NCBI GenBank assembly: GCA_965644295.1
Contig: CBFFRP010000410.1
Location: 62,001-126,000, forward strand
From: Paraphysomonas bandaiensis
Lineage: Eukaryota > Protista > Chrysophyceae
DNA: 64,000 nucleotides
Direction of reading: 5' to 3'
A program made the translations under genes and the position numbers. Positions 26,605 to 38,584 of this stretch are shown here, piece after piece. Each line of letters begins with the position of its first letter. The first letter of the stretch is position 1. The notes under the pieces are model-generated. The model ran no database searches. It saw only the letters and a list, made by a program, of their open reading frames with translations, and was not told the DNA's origin.

Positions 26605-27609
26605 ATGAAATCAAAGACATTGTTCATTATATTGCCTGTATCAATAGCCATCTTGTCTTATATAACGGGCGTCACCAGAGATCTATTGGGACACCATAAC
26701 GACATTGTTTTAGACTCTGATATTGCAGAAACAAGTCGTATGTTAGCTTCATATCGTGCAGCTGAATCAGAACGTTCAAATTCATTATATTATAAACGTG
26801 ATCCACTTGCACGATATTTCGCTGGAAGAGAATTAATGAGTGTGGCAGTAGAAGAAACTTTTCATTATGAAGAACTTATGGATAATGAACTTCATGCTGC
26901 AGCTATACGAGCTATGGCTATCGATGATCGTGTGGTTGAGTCTTGTGGAGATATTAGCCAAGTAGTAGTGATCGGAGCAGGCATGGATACGCGCCCTTAT
27001 CGTATCCAACTCACAAATCCTAACGTGAAGTGGTTTGAAGTAGATATGCCAGAGGTGATTAAACTCAAAGTATCTCTTCTATCCTCTGCTCCTAGCCATC
27101 TCCAGGGTAATATTTCATCGTCCACTGTGAAGTCAATTTCACACATTCCCTTGAACTTAAAGTATAACTTACGTAACTTAATTCCATCATTAGAAGCCAA
27201 TGGGTTCAACCGTTCTGAGCCGGCGTTTTATATAATGGAAGGGCTTTTGATGTACCTGACTGTTGGCGATGTTCGAAGTTTATTTGCAGAGCTTCCTCAA
27301 TGCAAAGGATCGAGGGTTGTAGCCACTGTAGTCTCTTTCATTAGTCGGTTCATTTCATCCAGCTCTTTGTTTTCCTATTTTTCCAATATACAATTGTCGG
27401 CATATCAAATGGTGGGAATGTGGAGGAATGATTGGCTCTCATTAAATATTGGATTTGCATTTAGTAAGTGGAATGTTGTACACAAGAACAATATTTTGGA
27501 CGAGGGACGTTTGAAGACTCCAGAACTGAACCTGCCCCGCTTCAGAAATAAGAGATTGCCACAGAATAGGAAAGGTGCTGAATTGATTCTTGATCTGATG
27601 CCGCAGTAA
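26605..27609 (+). CDS. Leucine carboxyl methyltransferase-family SAM-dependent methyltransferase with an N-terminal hydrophobic anchor
   Basis: YRAAES, DPLARYFAG, QVVVIGAGMDTRPYR, WFEVDMPEV, IMEGLLMYL. Intronless 334 aa. Confidence 0.88.
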   Translation: MKSKTLFIILPVSIAILSYITGVTRDLLGHHNDIVLDSDIAETSRMLASYRAAESERSNSLYYKRDPLARYFAGRELMSVAVEETFHYEELMDNELHAAAIRAMAIDDRVVESCGDISQVVVIGAGMDTRPYRIQLTNPNVKWFEVDMPEVIKLKVSLLSSAPSHLQGNISSSTVKSISHIPLNLKYNLRNLIPSLEANGFNRSEPAFYIMEGLLMYLTVGDVRSLFAELPQCKGSRVVATVVSFISRFISSSSLFSYFSNIQLSAYQMVGMWRNDWLSLNIGFAFSKWNVVHKNNILDEGRLKTPELNLPRFRNKRLPQNRKGAELILDLMPQ

Positions 27610-28081
27610 TCTGAGTAGCGAGTTGTATATTTCGTGTGTCAGTTTGTGTCAGTGTTGTGAGTAGGAATCCTATTAAGATAAAAGTCATTGTTAGACCCAC
27701 GAAAACGACTTTCACTATGACGTGGAAACTAATGCATCGCACTGCTAGCTGAACGTGACTTCTATTGTCGCCATAAACTGCTCAAATGAACTTTTCTAAG
27801 CAATATGTAGACGCTATAGCATATACTTGCATCTGCAAAGCATACACAAAATAACTATGGTAGAATTTATGTTACATTCAGAACTGAATTCTTAAAAGCA
27901 ACTTTCTGCAGAATCTTTACGATAGTTATTTATTAGGAATCATTGATTCACGTATATCTCTTAACGCGTGAATACAACACACGTATAAATCGTATTTTTA
28001 TTAGTTTCATATTTTCAGTGACTCCAGTAATATTTATGAAACTTGGCCACAAGACATACAAAATCCAAGAGTACTAGAGTA

Positions 28082-28136
28082 CAAAGCCTGGTAACCATTA
28101 ATGGTAATGTCAATCGTGGCCATTAATTATTACCAG
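28082..28136 (+). mobile_element. Orphan terminus of the hAT-like family seen at 56198-57697
   Basis: caaagcctggtaaccattaatggtaatg closely matches gggcctggtaaccgttaatggtaatg at 57533. Confidence 0.55.
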
Positions 28137-29309
28137 TGACCAAGTTCTGCTAGATGCTAGAATATATTATTTGCATGTCGTTGTTGAAACTTGGTATACT
28201 TCGGTATATTAATATCTGCTTCCTCAACGAAGTTGGACACGCGCCTTTTTATAGTGTTCTGGGAGATAAGTACCGGAGATATGTCTCCGGGAAACTAATG
28301 TGAGCCGCACAAGTAGTCACAGGATATATTGTTCTGCATGCTCAAAGCCAGACGAATAAACAAGCGTCCGGGATTGGGCTCACCTGAACCGTATTCAGGA
28401 TGAGTTCACCTTAAGGACTCAGAAATCCTGAAGTATATCAACATTCTGTTCAATCACTGCGTTAGCTATGAATGATTGATAGCGAGGATGGTTGCACTTT
28501 GGTGCTTGCGGCGACACACAAATAGTTTTCACAGCACTGAATAGTAGACTAGTAACATTACAAAGTACAATATTAGTGATTCAGTATAAAGTTTGCTCCA
28601 TTACCTTTGTATAATATTAGTGGAAACATAACTTGTGATCACATGACAACTCCGAGAATACTCACAGCCAACATTAATGTGGACGAAGTCGTGCCCATAA
28701 TCGGAAAACATGTGTCAGTTAAGCTGTGGGAAGTAGTCATGAACTTACATCACTGCAAGACACTAGACACTAATGTGATTGATAATCCAGAGTTATCAGA
28801 AGTATCAACTGCTAATCATTAACACATCAGCCAGTTGTTCAGATTCCGGTTTCTGATCTTTAAGATTTCAGTTTCTGATAAATGCCCCTCTATACGTACA
28901 GAAGTACTCTGTATATGGAGGGCTATCAGGCAAGAAAATCACCCTTTTTTATATGTCGATCATTAAAAAATCAAAATACTATGTAAAACCCACGATTTAT
29001 TAGCCTGATAGTCAGATGTTGTTGAGTTGAAGTGTTCTGTATTCTATGGTATTCTGGAAGTTTTCATCATAGAATACAATATTTAAGTGTATGTATATTG
29101 CTGTATTCTTGCTGATTTCTGTTGTACCTTCCTCCATATGTATGTATCTGTACAGCAGTACATGTATGGTATGTATGTATGTATGATGTATAGGGATGTG
29201 TATCTTATATATGAAAACTACTGTACGATACAAGTGACTCTCCTCTCCCACTATTTCAGTTACTATCCACATAACACTCTACCTTATCTATCATCTACCT
29301 GCAATCATT

Positions 29310-29645
29310 ATGGCAGGCCAGGGTGCATCTCTTCAAAACTATAATAACGAACTAGTGAAATGCATTGAAGATTTAAGAGATAAACGTGAAGAGATTAACA
29401 AACAGATACTTAAAGAGGAAGAAGAGAAAGCTAAAATACAAAGAGATCTAAGCATACTTACAGATAGGCTATCAACTATCAATGAGAAATTAGCCAAGAA
29501 GATTCAAGCAAGAAATGAGTATGACAGGACAATACAAGAGACGGAAGCAGCGTATATGAAGATATTGGAGAGCTCACAGACTCTGCTACAAGTACTGAAA
29601 CGTGAAACTGTGAGTTTGACGAAGAAGAAGCAGTCATCTTCTTAA
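29310..29645 (+). CDS. SSNA1: SSNA1/DIP13 microtubule-associated coiled-coil protein
   Basis: [23 protein letters not shown]...[23 protein letters not shown], the highly conserved SSNA1 signature. Confidence 0.96.
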   Translation: MAGQGASLQNYNNELVKCIEDLRDKREEINKQILKEEEEKAKIQRDLSILTDRLSTINEKLAKKIQARNEYDRTIQETEAAYMKILESSQTLLQVLKRETVSLTKKKQSSS

Positions 29646-31499
29646 CTTGTATTTTTTTATGGTGGGATATACTCACTATATATTCTGAACGGTATGCTTT
29701 GTCTTTCTCATTTATTAATTATGCTGAACGAAGCGTTACGTTACTGCATGCTAATGATTACGATGTCTGATGAATTGCTTAATAACATGGTGCTTACATT
29801 TATGTAATTGAAGATTGAAGTAGATGAGTTCTTAAGAACAAGAAATAACATAATTCGAGAGACGATATTTAAGCCTTAGCCTAGGATTATTGATAGTTCC
29901 GTTTAGAATTCTTACATTATCAACTTCGTTTAGTAGTGAGTGCTGACTTAAAGCTTAGTAGCAAGAAGTTCTCAAGCCTAGGCGATTAATATTTGTAAAT
30001 AAGTTTTTCTTTACGTATAGCGATCGAAGAACCATTATTATCATTTCGAAGTTGTGAGAAATAAGCATTACATACTACTAATCTCGAATAGAGTTGCTTA
30101 GTCATAGTTCCACAACACCAATACAATTAAATAAAATCGCTTGACCAGTTGTGATCAATGTTTTTTTTAATATACTTGGCGGAGTGGTACAATGCTGTGT
30201 TGTCTTCCATGCTCAATACTTTGTACATTATTCTACGTTTTCTTAGTATATAACAAGGTTCGATACCCCTATTTTGTAATACTATTATTAGATAACTTCC
30301 CATCAATACCATTGATGGATATTTTGGAACCGGTCGAAAAATTAGTTTGGCTGTGCTGAACAGGCACTAATATGTATTGGAAGTACATGCAACGTGACTC
30401 GTGCACCTGTACTTGGATGTTTCAACTTTTCATAATTTTTTGAGCTGACATAAGAATTTTCCCCATAGTCAACATCAGCTTCATCATCCTCTGTATTGTT
30501 GCAACCACTGTCAGAACAAAGACTTATATTTTGAACCCTACTCTCTTATATTGCAATATGTTGTAAGCTACTTTAACAAAAACAGTATTCATAGAATTTT
30601 TGGCCGGTCCACCAATCAATTTATTTTGCTTCCGAACCCTGGTATGAGAAATCGTGATGTCGCATTTTACATCATCGGTTAGTATTTTAACATCTGAATG
30701 ATCCACAGAATCATGAGCAGCTAGTATTCCTTTTTTCACTGATAGTTACTCCCACGGTCAAGTAATATCAGATTGTATGTGAGCAGTTATCCTTTGTCCT
30801 GGTAATCCAAATACTAAAACCTTGCCCATACCTTAAACAGTGAACACAATAAAACAAATAATTAAAGAAATGTTATATAATCTTGATTTGATTACATCTC
30901 CACTTTTAATACTTGGTCATACACTTTTAGAAAGTAAATGCTAGCGATAGGATTAAACTAACTCCGATTGTAATAATCCCGTTATGGAGAATAGGCTACT
31001 ACATCATATACAATACTGTAAGGTAATCATTCATCGGCCTCCACATAGAAGATGATTGCTGTGGTATCCAACTCGTATATCCATAGTAACAGTGTACCTC
31101 ATTGTTTGCATCCACTTCGCTTATATATATATGTACATATGATAGTTATATATGATAATACTCAGACACACCCTCCGATGCAACTGTGATACCTTCATAG
31201 CCTGAACCAAATCTCAATCCTGTAAATAGAGATATAACAGATGAGAGACATTCTATATTAAGATGTGGACATATGCATATATGCATGAGGAGACGTCATG
31301 GATTTGTCGTCCTCAACTGGCTACATGATCCGGATATGCGGCTATTTGAACGGGCTACGTAATTTTGTGTATATGGCCATCACCACCATCTTGTACGATA
31401 GTGGTAGTTCAGAATGAGCCCTTAAAGATGTACTCTTAAAGATATACCACTAACCTCAACGAAGTGCGTTTGAAAGTTCAACATTTGGTATGTCAATCA

Positions 31500-31900
31500 T
31501 ATCTAATCGTCATTATAGTTGAAATATATATGTTCACATGTTTCACTAGTATTCTCATGAGCCCTTCAGGATATTCCTCTAAGAAGTTCAACTATCACTA
31601 TTTTATACGGGTTTAGATGTCATTGTACAGTAACTTTACGCCACATCAACCTCACATTCACACATGTTTCACCAATATTCTTATGAGCCCTTCAAGATAT
31701 TCCTCAAAGAAGTTCAACAATCGGTATTATTATACGTATCTCAATGTCATTGTACTTGAAATATACACTTCATTTATACATCTTCAACCTCACATCTACA
31801 CATATTTCTATAATTATCTCATAAACCCTTCAAGATATTCTTCTATAAAGTTCAACTAGAAATATCTAGATGTCATTGTAGTTGAAATACACGTGTGTAA
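31500..31900. repeat. Degenerate tandem repeat, about 126-138 bp unit, 3-4 copies
   Basis: gagcccttca(a/g)gatattcctc.aagaagttcaac at 31559, 31685 and about 31823; atgtcattgta at 31617, 31744 and 31870. Confidence 0.75.
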
Positions 31901-32919
31901 CATGAATCGTGATGACGACAGCGGTATCCACTTCAAAGATACGGATATGAAGATATATATGCGTAATTTCATAGTTAAGAATTGCCATAATTTCCTATTT
32001 AACAACACTGACAATAGCAACATATTATGAAAGTAATTCAGCTCGGACATAAAGACGAATGTACTCAAATGGATGTGGATATATTCCTTTCCCGATACAA
32101 AGCAAGATTAAGTCTTGATACATGCCAACCATCTCATATGTGTGATGTATCACTTACCTCCAAACCGATCCTATTCATTCACCAGAATCATACAGGAGAC
32201 ATACGATGTGAACATTCCTCACAGTTTGTTGGTATACCTTACATACTACGATCACAAGATATGGTGTATAACACGGACGATAACTACATACGTATCGATG
32301 ATAAGAATCCCAACAAAACAAAGAGATTCTTCAACTCCTCACGGCTCATGAGTGACTTATACAAGACGACAAATGTCATCCGCAGAGCAGTTTCGTTACA
32401 ATGTTTTCGAAACTTGTTTCAGGAAAAGACTCAAAAGGAGTGCTGAATCCTACATCTATCAGCAGTGTTTCCAAGATATGTGACACATACCAAACCGATT
32501 TTCTGTGAACTCCTGGTTTCAGATTTCTTGCTGTGTTACCATACACAGCTACCGACGATGATATATTAACTTAAGTTCCTGTGCCAATATCCACAAAGAA
32601 TTTGATTAGTATGATTTTATTTGTTTATTTATCTATTATTTTCTGTCTTAATTTGAATTTTTTTTAAGAGTATTATCGGTGCCATTATTAATAAGTTACA
32701 AGTATTTCTGAACATCTAAAACATTCTTTATTTACGAGTCCCGACTTAGGAAGTAGAGCAACAGTACCAATAGAATATATGCGCTGTTTTCAATTGTTCG
32801 CCAGTATGAAGCCGTAGTGATGTAGTTATCATCATCTGCAGTAGCATTTTAGTTTCTATTAAGAACGATACAAGTACATATTTAGAGTGGCAACATAAAA
32901 TGAAATTATTACTATTTCA

Positions 32920-34724
32920 TTATAATTTTTTACTCTCTATATATTTTTCCACACGTGCTATGCGCTCTTCGATAGGAACAAAAGGAATGTTCTTCGCTAA
33001 CACAACTTTCGCCAAATCCAATACCTCTGGATAATAATGTAATTCTGGTCCTGCCGCCTCACCTGCAAGTGCTACTCTAATAGGAAGATACAATTTCTTT
33101 CCTTTCACTTTCATATCCTTTCCAATACTGGATATACACTGACTGAATTTTTCTGAGTAATAAGAGCTCGCGTCAATTCCGCAAGTACGAGGATCAGGTG
33201 TTGTCCACATATGAGGGAACTGGTTCGACTTGTAGGCCTCACATACACGACTCATTATAGGAATAAAATTGTCACTATGCACAGTGTTGTACAAGCCATT
33301 TGTATAATTGTTGCGTATGGTTTCCTCTAAGTTGTAGTCCGCCATTGATAGCAAGGACTGTCTCATCTCACCTATCAAGCACGGAGATTTTTTATTTATT
33401 TCAGCAATGAGCTCAATCATACGCCTCTTGCACACTTCGAAGTGCTCTTTTTCTTTAGGATCAGAGGGAGGTGATCGCAAGAGAGGAGTATCCCCTGTGG
33501 TTAGAGCACGCTCGGCACGACTTTCAATTTCACTCAGCGGGAGACTCTTGGTGTACTGCAGCTGCATCCATTTCAGCTTTTTAATATCAAATATAGAGCC
33601 AGCACGATTAATTTTTTCAACGCGGAAAGAGTCGATTAGCTGCTGAGTGGTAGCGTTTTCAACTCCTCCTTCAATATAAAATCCTACAGCAAGTCAGAAA
33701 AGAAAATTGTTTGAGTAGCAACATGTGTACCTAATGATGACAAATACTTGAGCATACATTCCGGGAAATAGCCCTCTTCCCGAAACTGCCCCACAGATGT
33801 CGCACCGTGTCTCTTACTGAGCTTTGATCCGTCCTCACCCAATATCAGTGAACAGTGGGCATAACGCGGAGGTGGAACCCGAAGGGCTTCCATAACCAAT
33901 AGTTGCTTAAGCGTATTCGAAAGATGTTCCTCTGCCCGTAAGACGTGTGTGATGCGCATCAACACATCATCTACTGCCACACAAAAGTTATACATGGGCA
34001 TTCCGTTGGAACGCATAATAATGAAGTCCCCTCCTAGAGCGGCTTCGGCATCCCATCGCACTCTCCCACGAATGACATCGTCCACATATACGACCTTTGC
34101 CTCAGGGATACGAAATCGAATGCAATGTGGGTCACCTCTAGCTAGACGTTTCTGAACCTCTTCTTTGTCTGCATCACGCCATTTCCCATCATATCTACTA
34201 ATCGCACCAGCATCTATCATTTCTTTCTTCTTCTCTTGCAACTCTTCCTCAGTACTAAAGCACGGATAGGCATATCCATCCTCAACTAACTTCTTCGCAT
34301 ACTTAACATATATCTCCTTCCTTTCCGATTGTCTATATGGCCCATACTTACCACCTACCCCAGGTCCCTCATCCCAATCAAGCCCAAGCCATGCGAGGTC
34401 CTCTAAAATAGCCCTCTCAGATGTTAGTGTGCTGCGAGCTATATCAGTATCCTCAACTCTTACTATAAACTTCCCGCCTGTCTTACGAGCTAATAGCCAG
34501 TTAAATAATGCTGTTCTTGCTCCACCAACATGTAAATTTCCTGTAGGTGATGGTGCAAAACGTACACGTACAGGTGTCATATGAGGGGAGGCGGGTGAGG
34601 GGTCTGTATATAGCCGTTTACGGGCTGAACTAATGCGACCACGAAAGATATGTGTACGTAGTGATGTGGAAAGAGATAAAAACATGAAGAGAAGTGTTAG
34701 ATGAAGGAGGGGGAGGGGTTTCAT
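32920..34724 (-). CDS. gltX: Organellar (plastid-targeted) glutamate--tRNA ligase; 2 exons
   Basis: VRVRFAPSPTGNLHVGGART (HIGH), RVEDTD, YRQSER, KLSKRH (KMSKS), LYLPIRVALAG. Signal peptide plus basic transit peptide. Intron at about 33684-33730. Confidence 0.95.
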
Positions 34725-34851
34725 GGTATTGTGAGATAGACTAACTTGGGCTTAACCATACAGATGCATATATACACAGCAGCAGTACATATACATACAT
34801 ATATCCACACATCCCTCCACAATACAATAGTACTACAGTTGTGGGACTACA

Positions 34852-35081
34852 GTATGTATGTATGTATGTATGTATGTATGTATGTATGTATGTATGTATG
34901 TATGTATGTATGAATGTATGTATGTATGTATGTATGTATGTATGTATGTATGTATGTATGTATGTATGTATGTATGTATGTATGTATGTATGTATGTAGG
35001 TATGTATGTATGTATGTATGTATGTATGTATGTATGTATGTATGTATGTATGTATGTATGTATGTATGTATGTATGTATGT
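34852..35081. repeat. (TATG)n microsatellite, about 230 bp
   Basis: Nearly perfect tatg array with two interruptions. Confidence 0.98.
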
Positions 35082-35254
35082 ACAGCAGTGTGTAGACATG
35101 TACTATACCATATGTAGGCAGGTACAGGTATACACGGCAGCCATATATCCACATGTCAAGTCACTGCATATGATGCGTATCTTGTTGGGGCTGTGGCATA
35201 ATCACTTACATACCACCCCTATACATAACCAGACCTCCTACCCATCTAACCTCT

Positions 35255-36344
35255 ATGATATCAGAATCATACAGTTCAAAAGCAGGTGTAGCCGGCATCT
35301 CCTGTGCTATTGCTGGTGCCATACTTAACCCTTTAGATGTCGTTAAGATCAGGTATACATACCACCCCATAATACACATATCAACCACATGTACTAACTA
35401 ATCTACTCTCATCAGGATGCAGAACAACTCACCTGCTTATCCATGGCCAGAAACACGGTTTTCAAGGGGCATTATACGCCTCATAGAGGTGGAAGGAGTG
35501 TCTGGATTATGTAAAGGGCTTTATGCAACAATAATGCGGGAACTTATGTACTCAACTATCAGAATGGGTGCATATGAGCCGATACTTCATGCTTTGAATA
35601 TCAATGGTGATCAAAAATATCCATCTCCCATTGTTAAGTATGGATCGAGTCTACTGTCTGGAGCCATAGGTGCAGCACTAGCCAACCCGACAGATTTGGT
35701 ATGAGCATACATTCATCAGTGTAAACTCTAACGGTTTTGTAATATAAAGGTGAAGGTCAATTTTCAGGCAGCTCTACCTGGTACACCACTACCTTACAAC
35801 ACTACGATGGGAGGATTTTCGTACATAGTCAAAACTCACGGGGTGCTTGGACTGTGGAAGGGATCGCTTCCAACGATTGCGAGAGCTGCTGTAGTAACAT
35901 CAGCTCAATTAGGGAGCTACGACACGATTAAAAACAATATTTTAAAGCGACATTTTTGCATGGAGGATGGAATTGTTCTCCATTTCACGTGCTCACTATT
36001 GGCGGGGATTATCACAACCACTGCATCTAACCCAGGTTAAAGTTTGTGTGGCCTCCACAGCGTTACTTATAATTTGACTTCTAGTTGATGTTGTAAAAAC
36101 ACGCTTTATGAGTGATGCCGCTGGAAGTTATGGAACTCCTTTGCGCTGTGCGATAATGACATACAAGGAGGGTGGTATTCGAGCATTTTTGAAGGTATTG
36201 GAAGAATACTTCACCTTACTGCCGCATGTCATATATTGTATGTAGGGCTGGTTACCTTCGTACTTTCGAATCGGCCCTCATACGATGATATCTTTCTTAC
36301 TAATGGAGCAGGGACGAAAACTTCTTGGACTCTCATCGATATAG
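35255..36344 (+). CDS. Mitochondrial carrier (UCP/dicarboxylate-oxoglutarate subfamily), 5 exons
   Basis: Three Px(D/E)xx(K/R) signatures (NPLDVVKIR, NPTDL|VKV, NP|VDVVKTR), plus YSTIRMGAYE, AQLGSYD and GWLPSYFRIGP. Confidence 0.92.
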
Positions 36345-36692
36345 TTAATTTAAGTGAATTGTATATTGTATGCGTTTATCGTATTAGACTACGTTATTCA
36401 CTTACAATCAGCCATCATATATTCCCCATTGCTTGTTACTATCCACAAATACCTTTCTTTTATTATCTAGTTATCTTGGTCATTAATCCTTTAAGCAATA
36501 ACAAATATTTCATTTTAGAAATGCACATACAGAGCCTTCTGGGTGGTGTTATGACTCTATTATTGGTGTTCGTTGCAATAATGAACTCCCACCTACTGCT
36601 ATCTAACCTAGCTAAATAATAACTATACATCTGCATGGTAATGATGGAGTAAATAACATATAGTACTTGCAAGCTACAAACTTTACAACTCA

Positions 36693-38133
36693 TTATACAT
36701 CATTGTTATTTCCATTGTTCGTGGAGTCAGAATATATCGTTATAAATGCCTCAGGAAATTTCCCGTTAGACAGTGATACATCTTCATCCAGCGGAGCCAC
36801 AACAGATTCCCCACATACATTACCGTCATCTGCAAGAAAACATTATCCACCACTAACGCAACATAAATATATACCAGATTGATCAGGAGGAAAGTTGCGG
36901 TCGACTACCAATGCAATCAGATTATCAACAAATCGCGGCAAGAGTTTGTCCGCTACGGCAGGGGAGGAGTTGATCTCTAACAGATACACACCCACTTCGC
37001 TTCCTGGAGAGTCGCCTGCATCCTCTCTAGCCTCGGTAAGCATAAAGTCATACCCAAACACATTGAACGCCCTACATACACCGCTTACAACATCACACAG
37101 ACCTCTTGTACCCTATTACTAGGTGAGAGTCAGGCTCACCTGTAAGCGCTGCTAGTGCCTCCCTTTAGCTGCTCTCTGACCGCTAGAAGTGTCAACTTAA
37201 TAATTTCGTGGATCCGAGGTATAATGTGGTCGTGAAAGCTTACCCTCCCATCGGTTATACTACTGAGAATGTCCTCAAACTCATCGTACCAGATCTCATT
37301 GGTTGGCTCGTACATGCCATAATTATCATGTGTCTCTGCGATACAATGATTCGAGAGATGTGCGTGAATATTCTGCCACGACCCTACATTGAAACCAACA
37401 TGAACAATATACTGTAGTACGTTTAAATAAAACCTGGAACATAAGTTTCTGCTGAAACTCGAAGTGCGCCCTGTCCGTACACGTGAATGTCATAATTCTC
37501 ATCCAAAAGAACCCAAACACGAATGTCAAACTTTCTCTTCCCCCTGGGAATAAGAAGTGGTCTGTCAAGGTAGCGTTGTACAACCCAAGCAATAGAGCCA
37601 TCACGCTGACTATCCATTGATGCCAGAACATCATCAGCACTATCTGTGATGGATATACTATGACCTTTGCAACCATCAGATGGTTTCATTATCCACACTC
37701 CCGGTCGCTCTGAATGACTTTTTATAAACGCCTCACGTTCAGATTCTTCCGGTTTAGATGGATAAAATAGAAATGTTTCAGGACATATCGATTCATATGT
37801 ATGAGTTGCAACATATGGACATGTAGAGGTGTTTAAGTATGCTCGTAATGTCTTGGTCATCATAGTTTTACGACACAATACATTAAAACCACGATAGAAA
37901 TTAATTAATGGTGTAATACCAGGATACAATGAATCATATCCAGATAATAGTTTATAAGGGATATTCAATGCTTGTGCATCTCCTATAAGTAAATGAAATC
38001 GACCAGCTATCTTCTTTTTAGGGATGATATTCCAGTGAATTTTCTTAGAAAGTGTGGATGTAAATGATGCATATAAACTACCAAGTGATGAATAATTATT
38101 ATTATTACAATTAATTGCTATAGCTGTGTACAT
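36693..38133 (-). CDS. Tubulin-tyrosine ligase family protein (multi-exon)
   Basis: WIMKPSDGCKG, VVQRYLDRPLL, RKFDIRVWVL, TNHCI, FGYDFML, LLEINSSPA. Confidence 0.92.
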
Positions 38134-38584
38134 ATTGAGTTATTATGATGGTATTGAAATGAGAAGGAGCGAGTTGGTTAAGAGAATGAGGAGATTTGAC
38201 ACGAGATTGAGAGAGTGCTAAATATCCATAAATTTATGGATTTTGAGATTTGGTGATCTTGAAAATAGCCGATATATAGCTATCGTAAAGTTGAAAATCC
38301 CGATATTCTACAGGTATGTGTGGATATTTCAAATTTCTAGATTATATTTCAACTCAACTGCTATATTTTGCATATTGTCATCGCACAATAACGGTATTTA
38401 CTATATTTCGGAGTATTTACTACAAAAATGTTGGTTTTGTAGGTCGAAAATTCCACACTGCTACAGATAGACTGTTGCACATGTATTGCAACTATGCAAC
38501 ATCCATCTCAACAATGAGCAAGAAGCACATACATATCCTCTCATTTGCAATATAAATGACCCTAATCACTCCCTCTTCAGTCCA

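Noticed and set aside
28273-28298. Helitron 3' end (hairpin followed by CTAA)
   Set aside because: The spacing is short, and no 5' TC end or Rep/helicase remnant was found.
12882-28991. AAAACCC motif in several upstream regions (12882, 17110, 19419, 28985)
   Set aside because: A 7-mer of this composition is expected several times by chance in 64 kb, and it also occurs outside promoters.
31500-31900. Possible CRISPR-like array
   Set aside because: The units are long and similar along their whole length, with no unique spacers; the context is eukaryotic and no cas genes are present.
34741-35328. ORFs reading YIHT/MYVC repeats (also 42396-42740, 48148-48757)
   Set aside because: Translations of TATG or TA/TG microsatellites, which lack stop codons; not genes.
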